Origin: Gammaproteobacteria bacterium
GTDB lineage: Bacteria > Pseudomonadota > Gammaproteobacteria > Ga0077536
NCBI GenBank assembly: GCA_019747795.1
Contig: JAIEQK010000163.1
Coordinates: 2,088 to 66,087, forward strand
Direction of reading: 5' to 3'
DNA length: 64,000 nucleotides
The position numbers and the translations under genes are program-made. The notes under the pieces were generated by a model. The model searched no databases. It was given only the letters and a program-made list of their open reading frames with translations, and was not told the DNA's origin. The first letter of the stretch is position 1. Every line of letters begins with the position of its first letter. This document shows positions 39,110 through 47,597 of the stretch, piece after piece.

Positions 39110-40597
39110 ATGAACCCCAACTCCAAGCCTGCATTGCTTTCCGGGATGCGTGAGCTCGGCCGCGGCCACACGCTGGTGTCGCTGCTGCTCATGCTCGCGT
39201 TTCTGTTCCTGCCCTTCGTCGCCGGCGCGCAGGAAGCCGCCGAGGCCGCGGCCGCCGCGCCGCCGGCGCCCACGCCGGACAAGGGCGACATCGCCTGGAT
39301 GCTGGTGTCCACGCTACTGGTGATCATGATGGCCGTGCCCGGCCTCGCGCTGTTCTACGGCGGCCTGGTGCGAGCCAAGAACATCCTCTCCGTGCTGATG
39401 CAGGTGATGGTGGGCTTCTCTCTGCTGGTGGTGCTGTGGTGCCTGTATGGCTACTCCTTTGCCTTCACCGAAGGCAACGCCTTCATCGGCGGCACCGCGC
39501 GGCTCTTCCTGAACGGCGTGTTCGACCCGGCGACCACCACCTTCGCCATGGCGGCGACCTTCAGCAAGGGCGTGGTGATTCCCGAGATCGTGTTCGTCGC
39601 CTTCCAGGGCACCTTCGCCGCGATCACGGCCTGCCTCATCATCGGCGGCTTCGCCGAGCGCATGAAGTTCTCGGCCGCGCTCATCGCCATGGTGATCTGG
39701 TTCACCATCGGCTACCTGCCGGTGGCGCACATGGTGTGGTTCTGGATGGGCCCGGACGCCTACACCGCGCCTGACGTGGTCGACGCGATGAACGCCAAGG
39801 CCGGCTACATCTGGCAGATGGGTGCGCTCGACTTCGCGGGCGGCACCGTGGTGCACATCAACGCCGGCATCGCGGGCCTGATCGGCGCGGCCATGTGCGG
39901 CAAGCGCATCGGCTACGGCAAGGAAGCGATGCCGCCCCACAACCTGGTGCTGGCGATGGTCGGCGCTTCCCTGCTGTGGGTGGGCTGGTTCGGCTTCAAC
40001 GCGGGTTCCGCGCTGGAAGCGGGTACCTTCGCCGGTCTCGCCTTCCTGAACACCTTCTCCGCCACGGCGGCGGCGGTCGTGTCCTGGTCGCTCGCAGAGT
40101 GGGCGGTGCGCAAGCATGCGTCGATGCTCGGCGCGGCCTCTGGCGCGGTGGCGGGTCTCGTCGCCATCACCCCCGCCTGCGGCAACGTGGGCCTGATGGG
40201 CGCCATCGTCATCGGCCTGCTGGCCGGCGTGGTGTGCTTCTGGGGCGTGACCGGTCTGAAGAAGATGATCGGCATCGACGACTCGCTCGATGTGTTCGGT
40301 GTGCACGCCCTCGGCGGCATCCTGGGCGCGCTGCTGACCGGCGTGTTCAACAACCAGTCCCTGGGTGGCCCCGGCCTCGTCACCGACTGGGTGACCGCGT
40401 CGGTCGGCTCCAACCCGGTCATGACCCAGCTGCTGATCCAGGCGAAGGGCGTGGCCATCACCTCGGTATGGACTGCGGTCGCCGCCGTCATCGCCTTCAA
40501 GGTGGCGGACCTGCTGGTCGGGCTGCGCGTGCCGGAAGACGAAGAGCGCGAAGGCCTCGACATCACGACCCACGGCGAGCGCGCCTACAGCGCCTGA
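39110..40597 (+). CDS. amtB: ammonium transporter
   Basis: 495 aa with an N-terminal signal peptide, then the Amt signature DFAGGTVVHINAGIAGL and GVHALGGILGALLTG. The start could alternatively be the Met at 39146. Confidence 0.95.
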   Translation: MNPNSKPALLSGMRELGRGHTLVSLLLMLAFLFLPFVAGAQEAAEAAAAAPPAPTPDKGDIAWMLVSTLLVIMMAVPGLALFYGGLVRAKNILSVLMQVMVGFSLLVVLWCLYGYSFAFTEGNAFIGGTARLFLNGVFDPATTTFAMAATFSKGVVIPEIVFVAFQGTFAAITACLIIGGFAERMKFSAALIAMVIWFTIGYLPVAHMVWFWMGPDAYTAPDVVDAMNAKAGYIWQMGALDFAGGTVVHINAGIAGLIGAAMCGKRIGYGKEAMPPHNLVLAMVGASLLWVGWFGFNAGSALEAGTFAGLAFLNTFSATAAAVVSWSLAEWAVRKHASMLGAASGAVAGLVAITPACGNVGLMGAIVIGLLAGVVCFWGVTGLKKMIGIDDSLDVFGVHALGGILGALLTGVFNNQSLGGPGLVTDWVTASVGSNPVMTQLLIQAKGVAITSVWTAVAAVIAFKVADLLVGLRVPEDEEREGLDITTHGERAYSA

Positions 40598-40660
40598 GCC
40601 GCTCATCTCCCCTGTGTTCGCGCCGCGACGGACCGCGGCGCGCGCACCCCTGACTGCAAA

Positions 40661-40691
40661 GGGCCCCGCTTCGGCGGGGCCCGCGCGTTTT
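40661..40691 (+). terminator. rho-independent terminator of glnK-amtB
   Basis: GGGCCCCGC-ttcg-GCGGGGCCC (9-bp GC stem, tetraloop) is followed by GCGCGTTTT. Confidence 0.75.
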
Positions 40692-40806
40692 CCAGGGCTC
40701 GCGGCCCGCGTGGATTAGCTTAGAACTTATTCGCACTTCCTAAGCGCTGGCACGCCACGCAGACTCCGCACGCACTCTACGCCTGGACTTGCGCGAGGAA
40801 CGCCCA

Positions 40807-42060
40807 ATGAATGCCGAAGCCCGCCTGGCCGCCGCGGCCACGCGCCCCCCGGTGCGCCCGGATTCTCCCGAGCTCGAGCAACTGCTGGCCGCCATCCGCG
40901 ACAGCGCGGCGAGCGCCAAGCGCGACGGCCGCGATCTGCACGGCACCATGGACCTGGTGCGCGCCGCGCGCCTGGGCGCGTTTCGCGTGCCGCGCGCCGA
41001 GGGCGGCGGCGGCGCGAGTCTCGAGCAGTACTTCGCCATGCTGATCGGGCTTGCCGAGGCGGACGCCGACATCGCCCACATCCTGCGCGCCCACTACTGG
41101 TTCGTCGAAGAGCGCCTGCGCTCGCGGCCCGGCCCGGAGCGCGACCGCTGGCTGGCGCGCATCGTGGCCGGCGACATCTTCGGCAACGCGATGTCCGAGC
41201 TGGGCGGTTCGACCGCGGTCGGCAGCTGGCAGTTCGAGACGCGACTCACCGCCTCCGGCGACGGTTACCGGCTGAATGGCACCAAGTACTACTGCACCGG
41301 CAGCCTCTATTCCGACTGGGTCAACGTGTTCGCCTGCCGCGAGGACGGCACCGTGGTGTCGGCGGTGATCCCCGTGGGGCGCGACGGCTTCGTGCTGGAA
41401 GACGACTGGGACGGCATCGGCCAGCGCCTGACTGGCAGCGGCACCGGGCACCTGCGCAATGTGGAAGTGCGACCGGAGGAGATCCTGACCGCGGCGGTGG
41501 AGTCGAGCGACGCGGCCTCGCTCGCCGATCCGGCCGACCCCTACATCATCGGTCAGCTCTGTCAGCTGATCCTGACCGCCCTCATCGCCGGCATCCTGCG
41601 CAACGTCGCGAGCGATGCGGTCACGCTCCTGCGGGGCCGCTCGCGTACCTACGCCTACGCCGCCGCCAGCACGCCCACCGCCGATCCGCTGCTGCAGCAG
41701 GTGGTGGGCGAGATCGCGAGCGCCGCCTTCGCCGCCGAATCCGTCGTGCTGGCCGCCGCCGCGGCCCAGGACCGCGCGGTCGCGAGCCTTAAGGACGGCA
41801 AGCTCGATTTCGAGCTCGCCCATCGCGGCTCGGTGCTGGCCGCGCAGGCCAAGGTGGTGGTGGACGAACTCGCGCAGCGCGCGGCCGCGCGCCTGTTCGA
41901 CGTCGGCGGTTCGTCGGCGATCAAGCAGAGCGCGAATCTCGATCGCCACTGGCGCAACATCCGCACACTCGCCTCGCACAACCCGGTGGTGTACAAGGCG
42001 CGCGCGGTGGGGGATTTCCTCTTGAACGGCACGCCGCTGTCGAACAGCGGCTTCTTCTGA
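40807..42060 (+). CDS. acyl-CoA-dehydrogenase-fold flavoenzyme, SfnB/DszC-like (sulfur-acquisition-type monooxygenase family)
   Basis: About 417 aa. ...GYRLNGTKYYCTGSLYSDWVNVFA...FVLEDDWDGIGQRLTGSGT..., with C-terminal LDRHWRN.RT...HNP. The pattern is that of the SfnB family rather than a beta-oxidation ACAD. This is recognised by eye, not searched. Confidence 0.7.
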   Translation: MNAEARLAAAATRPPVRPDSPELEQLLAAIRDSAASAKRDGRDLHGTMDLVRAARLGAFRVPRAEGGGGASLEQYFAMLIGLAEADADIAHILRAHYWFVEERLRSRPGPERDRWLARIVAGDIFGNAMSELGGSTAVGSWQFETRLTASGDGYRLNGTKYYCTGSLYSDWVNVFACREDGTVVSAVIPVGRDGFVLEDDWDGIGQRLTGSGTGHLRNVEVRPEEILTAAVESSDAASLADPADPYIIGQLCQLILTALIAGILRNVASDAVTLLRGRSRTYAYAAASTPTADPLLQQVVGEIASAAFAAESVVLAAAAAQDRAVASLKDGKLDFELAHRGSVLAAQAKVVVDELAQRAAARLFDVGGSSAIKQSANLDRHWRNIRTLASHNPVVYKARAVGDFLLNGTPLSNSGFF

Positions 42061-42070
42061 GCCGCCGCGC

Positions 42071-43723
42071 TCAGCGCGTCAGCACGAAGCCGCGGTAGTC
42101 CTGCAGCGCGACCTTGCCGCAGATCTCGCGGTAGCGGTGCGCGCCGCCCACGTAGGGCGTGAACACGCGCGGCTTGCCCGGCACGTTCGCGCCGGTGTAC
42201 CACGAGCGCACCTTGGGATAGAGCGTGCGCTCGGCGAGCTTGGCGAGCTCCGCGGTCCATGCGTTCTCGCTCGCGCCGCTCGCCTCGATGGCGCCGTAGC
42301 CCCCGCGATCGAGATGCTGAATGCAGTCGGCGACCCATTCGACGTGCTGCTCGATGGACAGCACCATGTTCGACAGCACCGACGGGCTGCCCGGCCCGGC
42401 GACCACGAACATGTTGGGAAAGCCCGCGACCCCGATGCCGAGATAGCTGCGCGCGCCGTCCCGCCACTTCTCGCGCAGCGCGAGCCCGCCGCGCCCATGG
42501 ATGTCGAGCGCGAGCAACTGCCCGGTCATGGCATCGAAGCCGGTGGCGAGGATCAGCACGTCGAGCGCGTAATCGGCGCGCGTGGTCCGCACGCCGGTGG
42601 GCACGATGCGCTCGAGCGGCTCGCGCTGCAGGTCGACCAGCGACACGTTGTCGCGATTGAAGGTGGCGTAGTAGTTGCTGTCCAGGCACAGGCGCCGCGC
42701 GCCGATGGGAAAGTCGCGCGGCACCAGCGCCTCGGCGGTGGCGGGATCGCGCACCAGCGCGCGAATCTTGGCGCTGACGAACTGCGCGGCGGTCGCGTTG
42801 GCGTCGGCGTTGACCAGCAGATCCTTGTAGGCCACCAGGAAGCAGGCGCCGCCCTTGCGCCAGCGCGCCTCGTATTCGAGCTCGCGCTGCTCCGGCGTCA
42901 CGTCGAGCGCCGACTCGAAGTTGGGATCGTAGTGGTAGCCGGCCGCCGACTGTCGGTTGCGCGCGCGGCGCGCCGCGTAGCTGCGCTTGATGTCGTGCTG
43001 GAATTCGGCGCTCAGCGGCGCGTTGCGGGCCGGTACGCTGAAGCTCGGCGTGCGCTGGAACACGTAGAGCCTGGCGACGTCGGGCGCGATGGCGGGAATG
43101 AGCTGGATGCCGGACGAGCCGGTGCCGATCACGCCGACGCGCTTGCCGTTGAGGTCCACGCCTTCGCGCGGCCAGCGTCCGGTGTGCAGCCAGCGCCCCT
43201 GGAAGTCGTCGAGCCCGTCGAAGTCCGGCACGTTGGCGGCCGACAGGCAGCCCACCGCCAGCACCAGGTAGCGCGTCGTCAGCGTGGCGCCCGCGGCGCG
43301 CACCGTCCACAGTCGCGTGTTCTCGTCGTATTGCGCGCCTTCCACGCGCGTGTCGAACTGGATGTCACGCCGCAGATCGAGCCGCGCGGCGACGAAGTCC
43401 AGGTAGCGCAGGATCTCTGCCTGGCTCGCGAAACGCTCGCTCCAGGTCCAGGCCTGTTCGATTTCCGGCGAGAACGAGTAGGAGTAGTCGACGCTCTCCA
43501 CGTCGCAGCGCGCGCCGGGATAGCCGTTCCAGTACCAGGTGCCACCCAGGTCCGAGCCGGCCTCGAACACGCGCACACGCAGGCCCTGCAGACGCAGCCG
43601 ATGCAGCATGTACAGGCCGGCGAAACCGGCGCCGACCACCACGGCATCGACGTCGGCCTGTCGTGGCGCGGGCGAGAGGGACGGGGATGGTTGCAAGCGA
43701 GCCTCCGCGCGACGCGCGAACAC
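42071..43723 (-). CDS. type I Baeyer-Villiger (flavin-containing) monooxygenase
   Basis: The FAD motif is VVVGAGFAG, the BVMO fingerprint is FQGRWLHTGRWP (FxGxxxHxxxWP), and the NADPH motif is GVIGTGSSG. The maximal ORF extends to 43858; I favour the GTG at 43723 because the first 45 codons are not BVMO-like. The start is uncertain. Confidence 0.85.
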   Translation of the reverse strand: MFARRAEARLQPSPSLSPAPRQADVDAVVVGAGFAGLYMLHRLRLQGLRVRVFEAGSDLGGTWYWNGYPGARCDVESVDYSYSFSPEIEQAWTWSERFASQAEILRYLDFVAARLDLRRDIQFDTRVEGAQYDENTRLWTVRAAGATLTTRYLVLAVGCLSAANVPDFDGLDDFQGRWLHTGRWPREGVDLNGKRVGVIGTGSSGIQLIPAIAPDVARLYVFQRTPSFSVPARNAPLSAEFQHDIKRSYAARRARNRQSAAGYHYDPNFESALDVTPEQRELEYEARWRKGGACFLVAYKDLLVNADANATAAQFVSAKIRALVRDPATAEALVPRDFPIGARRLCLDSNYYATFNRDNVSLVDLQREPLERIVPTGVRTTRADYALDVLILATGFDAMTGQLLALDIHGRGGLALREKWRDGARSYLGIGVAGFPNMFVVAGPGSPSVLSNMVLSIEQHVEWVADCIQHLDRGGYGAIEASGASENAWTAELAKLAERTLYPKVRSWYTGANVPGKPRVFTPYVGGAHRYREICGKVALQDYRGFVLTR

Positions 43724-43899
43724 GAAACGCGGCGCGCGCGGCACTATACCGTGGGCTGGCAATGCCGCGAAGGCAGAGCGTCGGAGCACGCTTTTGGGTA
43801 GACTCGCGGCACGGTCGAAGGTGGAAGAGGGGTGCTTGCAATGACCCAGGCTCGGCATGATCGCGTCACCATGACGCGGCCTCGTTCACCTCTGTCGCG

Positions 43900-44235
43900 G
43901 TGATGACGATGGCCTGGGCCTGCCTCGTCCTCGCCATCCTGTTCGAAGTCTGCGGCACCACCGCGATGAAGCTGTCCGACGGTCTGCACAAGCCCGGTCC
44001 GAGTGTGGTGGTGTTCGCGTGCTACGGCGTCAGCATCGCGCTGCTCACCGTCGCGGTGCGCAGCATCGACATCGGCATCGCCTATGCCATCTGGTCGGCG
44101 CTCGGCATGACGCTCATCACCGCCATCGGCATCCTGTGGTTCGCCGAACCGGCCAGCGCCTGGAAGATCGGCTGCATCGCGCTGATCGGCATCGGCGTGG
44201 TCGGTCTGCATCTCGAGTCCCGGCTCGGCGCATGA
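43900..44235 (+). CDS. SMR-family small multidrug-resistance efflux protein (EmrE/Qac-like)
   Basis: About 110 aa with four TM helices. LFEVCGTTAMKLS carries the essential TM1 Glu, and IAYAIWSALG is present. Confidence 0.88.
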   Translation: MMTMAWACLVLAILFEVCGTTAMKLSDGLHKPGPSVVVFACYGVSIALLTVAVRSIDIGIAYAIWSALGMTLITAIGILWFAEPASAWKIGCIALIGIGVVGLHLESRLGA

Positions 44236-45023
44236 GCGACGTGCGGTTGCCGCCCCTCACGCGCGACTGGGATCGCGCGCTGGCCGATCTACGTGAGCAC
44301 GGTCTGTGCTTGGTGGCGGATGCGCTCCCGTCCGACATGCTTGGCCGCGCGCGCGACGCGCTGTACCGCGCGGTGGAGGACGATGCGTGCGCAGGTCGGC
44401 GGAGTGCGGGCTTCACCCTCGACCGGGATGCCGGAAACCGGCGGGTGTGGAATCTCTTGAATCGAGACCCGCTGTTCGCCGCCCTCGCAGAGCACCCGCT
44501 GGCCCTGCACCTGGTGCAGGCGACCCTCGGCTGGCCGGCGCTGCTGAGCAACATCTCCGGCAACATCGTCGGCCCGGGGGCGACGGCCGGCGTGTTGCAC
44601 GCCGACCAGGTGTTCGTACCGCAGCCCTGGCCCAAGCGTCCGCAGGGCCTGAACGTCGCCTGGTGCATCGACGATTTCACGCGCGACAACGGCGCGACTG
44701 AAGTGCTGCCCGGCTCCCATCTTCTCGCGCGCAACCCGCGCGGCGATGACGACGTGCGTGATCTCGTGCCGATCGAGGCGCCGGCCGGCACGGCGCTGAT
44801 CTTCGAGAGCCGCCTGTGGCATCGCACCGGTGCCAACACTTCGCGCGACGCGTGGCGCGCGGCGGTGTTTCCCTTCTACACCACGCCCACCTATCGCACC
44901 CAGGAGAACTGGTTCCTGTCGCTCGCGCCCGAGGTGGTGGACGCGGCGTCCGACACCCTGCTCACGCTACTCGCCTACAAGACCGAGCACTTCGGCCTCG
45001 TCTACGGCGAATCCCCACGTTGA
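44232..45023 (+). CDS. phytanoyl-CoA dioxygenase (PhyH) family Fe(II)/2-oxoglutarate oxygenase
   Basis: The ATG at 44232 overlaps the SMR stop (ATGA). It has the facial triad pattern LHADQ (HxD) ... RLWHRTGAN, and the GATEVLPGSH motif. Confidence 0.82.
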   Translation: MSDVRLPPLTRDWDRALADLREHGLCLVADALPSDMLGRARDALYRAVEDDACAGRRSAGFTLDRDAGNRRVWNLLNRDPLFAALAEHPLALHLVQATLGWPALLSNISGNIVGPGATAGVLHADQVFVPQPWPKRPQGLNVAWCIDDFTRDNGATEVLPGSHLLARNPRGDDDVRDLVPIEAPAGTALIFESRLWHRTGANTSRDAWRAAVFPFYTTPTYRTQENWFLSLAPEVVDAASDTLLTLLAYKTEHFGLVYGESPR

Positions 45024-45923
45024 ATCGAACATGCGCGCGATGCGCTCGGCGTAGAAGTCGAGAAACGCGCGCACCTTGAGCGGCACGTAGCTGCGGCTCG
45101 CGTACAGCGCGGTGATGGGCGTGCCGCGCGGCTCGATCTGGTAGTCGTCCAGGATGCGCACCAGCCGGCCGCTGCGCTCAGCGCCGAGCGCGAACCAGTC
45201 GGCGAGCAGCACCACGCCCTGGTCCGCGATCGCTAAAGCGAGCAGCGCGTCGGCGTCGTCGATGGCGAGCGGCGCGCGAATCGCTACGTCGTACCGCTGG
45301 CCGTCCCTGGACAGCCGCCACACCGCGTTGCCGCTGATCGCGTTCATGGTCAGGCAGGCGTGCTCCGCGAGCTCCTCGGCCGTGCGCGGCGTGCCGTGCC
45401 GCGCGAGGTAACCGGGGCTGGCGAGGATGTGCGAGTCGGTCTCGGCCAGGCGCCGCGCGACCAGGTTGGAGTCCCCCAGCTGGCCGATGGTGACCGCCAC
45501 GTCGCAGCCGCTCGCGAAGAGATCAGTGCCGCGGTCGTGGACCAGCTCCAGGCCCACCGTGACGTCGGGATAGGTGGCACGGAACTCGGCCAGCCAGGGC
45601 AGCAGGAGGCGGCGGCCGACGCCCGCGCGACTGCTGATGCGCAGCCGGCCGGCCGGTCGCGCAGCGGCGCCGCGCATGACCTCGTCGGCCTGCTCGAGCG
45701 CATCGATGACGGCCTGCGCGTGCGGCCGGAGATTCGCGCCCTGCTCGGTCAGGCTGACCTGGCGCGTGCTGCGCTGGAACAGCCGCTGCCCGACCGCGGC
45801 CTCCAGCGCCGAGAGCTTGCGCGAGGCTGCCGCGGGCGTGAGCCCCAGGCGCTGGGCGGCGCGGGTGAAGCTGTTGGTGTCGGCGATGGCAAGGAAGAGC
45901 CGGAGCGCGAGGAGGTCATCCAT
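44967..45923 (-). CDS. LysR-family transcriptional regulator
   Basis: 318 aa with the N-terminal wHTH MDDLLALRLFLAIADTNSFTRAAQRLGLTPAAASRKLSALE and an LysR substrate-binding domain. Confidence 0.9.
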   Translation of the reverse strand: MDDLLALRLFLAIADTNSFTRAAQRLGLTPAAASRKLSALEAAVGQRLFQRSTRQVSLTEQGANLRPHAQAVIDALEQADEVMRGAAARPAGRLRISSRAGVGRRLLLPWLAEFRATYPDVTVGLELVHDRGTDLFASGCDVAVTIGQLGDSNLVARRLAETDSHILASPGYLARHGTPRTAEELAEHACLTMNAISGNAVWRLSRDGQRYDVAIRAPLAIDDADALLALAIADQGVVLLADWFALGAERSGRLVRILDDYQIEPRGTPITALYASRSYVPLKVRAFLDFYAERIARMFDSTWGFAVDEAEVLGLVGE

Positions 45924-45924
45924 T

Positions 45925-45941
45925 ATTGTCGAACTCGCAAT
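45925..45941. promoter_or_regulatory. candidate LysR-type (T-N11-A) operator
   Basis: ATTGtcgaactcgCAAT (ATTG-N9-CAAT dyad, containing T-N11-A) lies immediately upstream of the LysR start codon in the divergent intergenic region. Confidence 0.35.
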
Positions 45942-46062
45942 ACTGTTTCGCGATTCGACCGGATTATCGGCTCAGGACGGCATAAATAGAATGCGCTCCA
46001 GACCCGGCCATCGCCTTCGAGGTGACCGCCGGATAACTCGGAATCAGACCTGGAGAGCCTCC

Positions 46063-46227
46063 ATGACCACCATCCTTCGCACCCTTACTCGTGCCACCGT
46101 CTCGCTGCTCGAGGGCGCCCTGCTCGCGCTCCTCATCGCCGGCCTCTGCGCCGCGGTGGTGCCGCAGAACCTGACTCACATCAACCCGGTGGCGGCGGTG
46201 GTCGCCCCCGCCACCGGGCAGGCCTGA
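46063..46227 (+). CDS. possible 54-aa hydrophobic small protein
   Basis: GGAGAG sits 6 nt upstream of the ATG. The product is MTTILRTLTRATVSLLEGALLALLIAGLCAAVVPQNL..., with a GC3 bias like real genes. I recognise no homologue. Confidence 0.35.
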   Translation: MTTILRTLTRATVSLLEGALLALLIAGLCAAVVPQNLTHINPVAAVVAPATGQA

Positions 46228-46235
46228 GCCGCGGC

Positions 46236-47597
46236 TCAGCCGGCCGAGGCCGGCCGCTCCTCCCAGGCGTCGCCCATGGTGCGGTCGATGACCTCGGGCA
46301 GGTGGGCGACGCGATGTTCCACCAGCTTGTCGCCACCGCCCGTGACCAGCGAACGGGCCACTTCCGGCGGTCGGCCGTAGCGCGCCGCGAACTCGGCGTG
46401 GGAGGTGGGTGAGGGCGGCGGCGCGCGGAGGTAGTCGGGCTTGCCGTCGGCCTCGCGGAATGCCGGCATCACCTCCTCGGCGAAGATCTGCATGTTCTTC
46501 TGCACCATCCAGTGCGGCATCGGGCCAAAGGACGAACCCACCGAGAGCACGCCGCCGGCGCCCACGCCGTCGCAGTATTCGCTGAGCTGCTCCTTCACCG
46601 TCTCGGGCGAGCCGACGATGATGTAGCGATCCTTCAGCAGCTCGTCGTAGGAGAGCTGGGTCTGCGGCTTGACCTTGCCCTTCTGCAGCAGCCCGACGAA
46701 GTTGCGGAACGACTTGGTGCTCATGTAGCCCGGCGGGAAGAACAGCTGGTCGGGGATCTTGAGGCCGGTATTGAACACCCAGGAGAGGTGGGCCTTGGCC
46801 TCGCGGTGCGCCTGGGCGTCGGTCTCGGCGACGTAGGTCGGCACGCAGGCGTTGAACATCGACTTCGGCGCGTCGTAGCCCAGACGACGGCACTCCTCGC
46901 GCAGTCCATCAAAGGCCATCTTGGTGAACCACAGCGGCGCAAACACCATCATGTAGGTGTAGCGGTGCCGCGCGACGAACTGCAGCGTCTCCAGCGAACC
47001 CTGGCCCGGGATCCACACCGGCGGATGGGGCTGCTGTATCGGCCGCGGAATGATGTTGCAGTTCGGGATGTAGAAGTGATCGCCCTGCCAGGTGAAGGGA
47101 CCGTCGTCGGTCCAGGCCTTGATGATGAGGTCATGCGCTTCGTCGAAACGCTCGACCGAGTCGGCCGGCGTCACGCCGTTGTTGAAGTACTCGCAGCCGA
47201 TGCCGCGCACGAAGCCCGAGATGATGCGTCCGCCCGAGATCACGTCCAGCATGGCTATTTCTTCCGCCACGCGCAGCGGGTTGCCGTGCAGCGGAATGGC
47301 GTTGCCGATCACGCCGATCGGAATGTGGCTCGTCCGCTGCACCAGCATCGCCGCGATGATGTTCGGCGAGGGCATGGTGCCGTAGAAGTTCGCGTGGTGC
47401 TCGTTCACCGCCACGCCGTCGTAGCCGAACTTCTCGGCCATCGCCAGCTGATCGATGTACTCGTTGTACAGCACGCGCCCGCGCTGCGGGTCGTAGTACT
47501 TGTTCGACAGGCTCACCCACGTCGACGGGAATTCCGCGGTCGGCGGCAGGTGGGGATAGGGCATCAGGTGGAAGAAATAGAAGCGCAGCTTGTTCAT
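46236..47597 (-). CDS. luciferase-like (LLM class) flavin-dependent monooxygenase
   Basis: 453 aa. MNKLRFYFFHLMPY...GYDGVAVNEHH...GRIISGFVRG is a bacterial luciferase TIM-barrel pattern. Confidence 0.85.
   Translation of the reverse strand: MNKLRFYFFHLMPYPHLPPTAEFPSTWVSLSNKYYDPQRGRVLYNEYIDQLAMAEKFGYDGVAVNEHHANFYGTMPSPNIIAAMLVQRTSHIPIGVIGNAIPLHGNPLRVAEEIAMLDVISGGRIISGFVRGIGCEYFNNGVTPADSVERFDEAHDLIIKAWTDDGPFTWQGDHFYIPNCNIIPRPIQQPHPPVWIPGQGSLETLQFVARHRYTYMMVFAPLWFTKMAFDGLREECRRLGYDAPKSMFNACVPTYVAETDAQAHREAKAHLSWVFNTGLKIPDQLFFPPGYMSTKSFRNFVGLLQKGKVKPQTQLSYDELLKDRYIIVGSPETVKEQLSEYCDGVGAGGVLSVGSSFGPMPHWMVQKNMQIFAEEVMPAFREADGKPDYLRAPPPSPTSHAEFAARYGRPPEVARSLVTGGGDKLVEHRVAHLPEVIDRTMGDAWEERPASAG

Noticed and set aside
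40748-40764. A sigma-54-like TGGCACG upstream of the SfnB-like gene. This was tempting because sfn genes are sigma-54-dependent in Pseudomonas putida.
   Set aside because: The -12 element is missing at the required spacing. The sequence 12 nt downstream of the GG is AG, not GC, and the nearest GC is 2 nt out of register.
43859-43899. A possible guanidine (mini-ykkC / guanidine-II or -III) riboswitch ahead of the SMR gene.
   Set aside because: Only one short hairpin (CGCGTCA-cca-TGACGCG) is present, with no ACGR loops. The SMR looks EmrE/Qac-type rather than Gdx-type.
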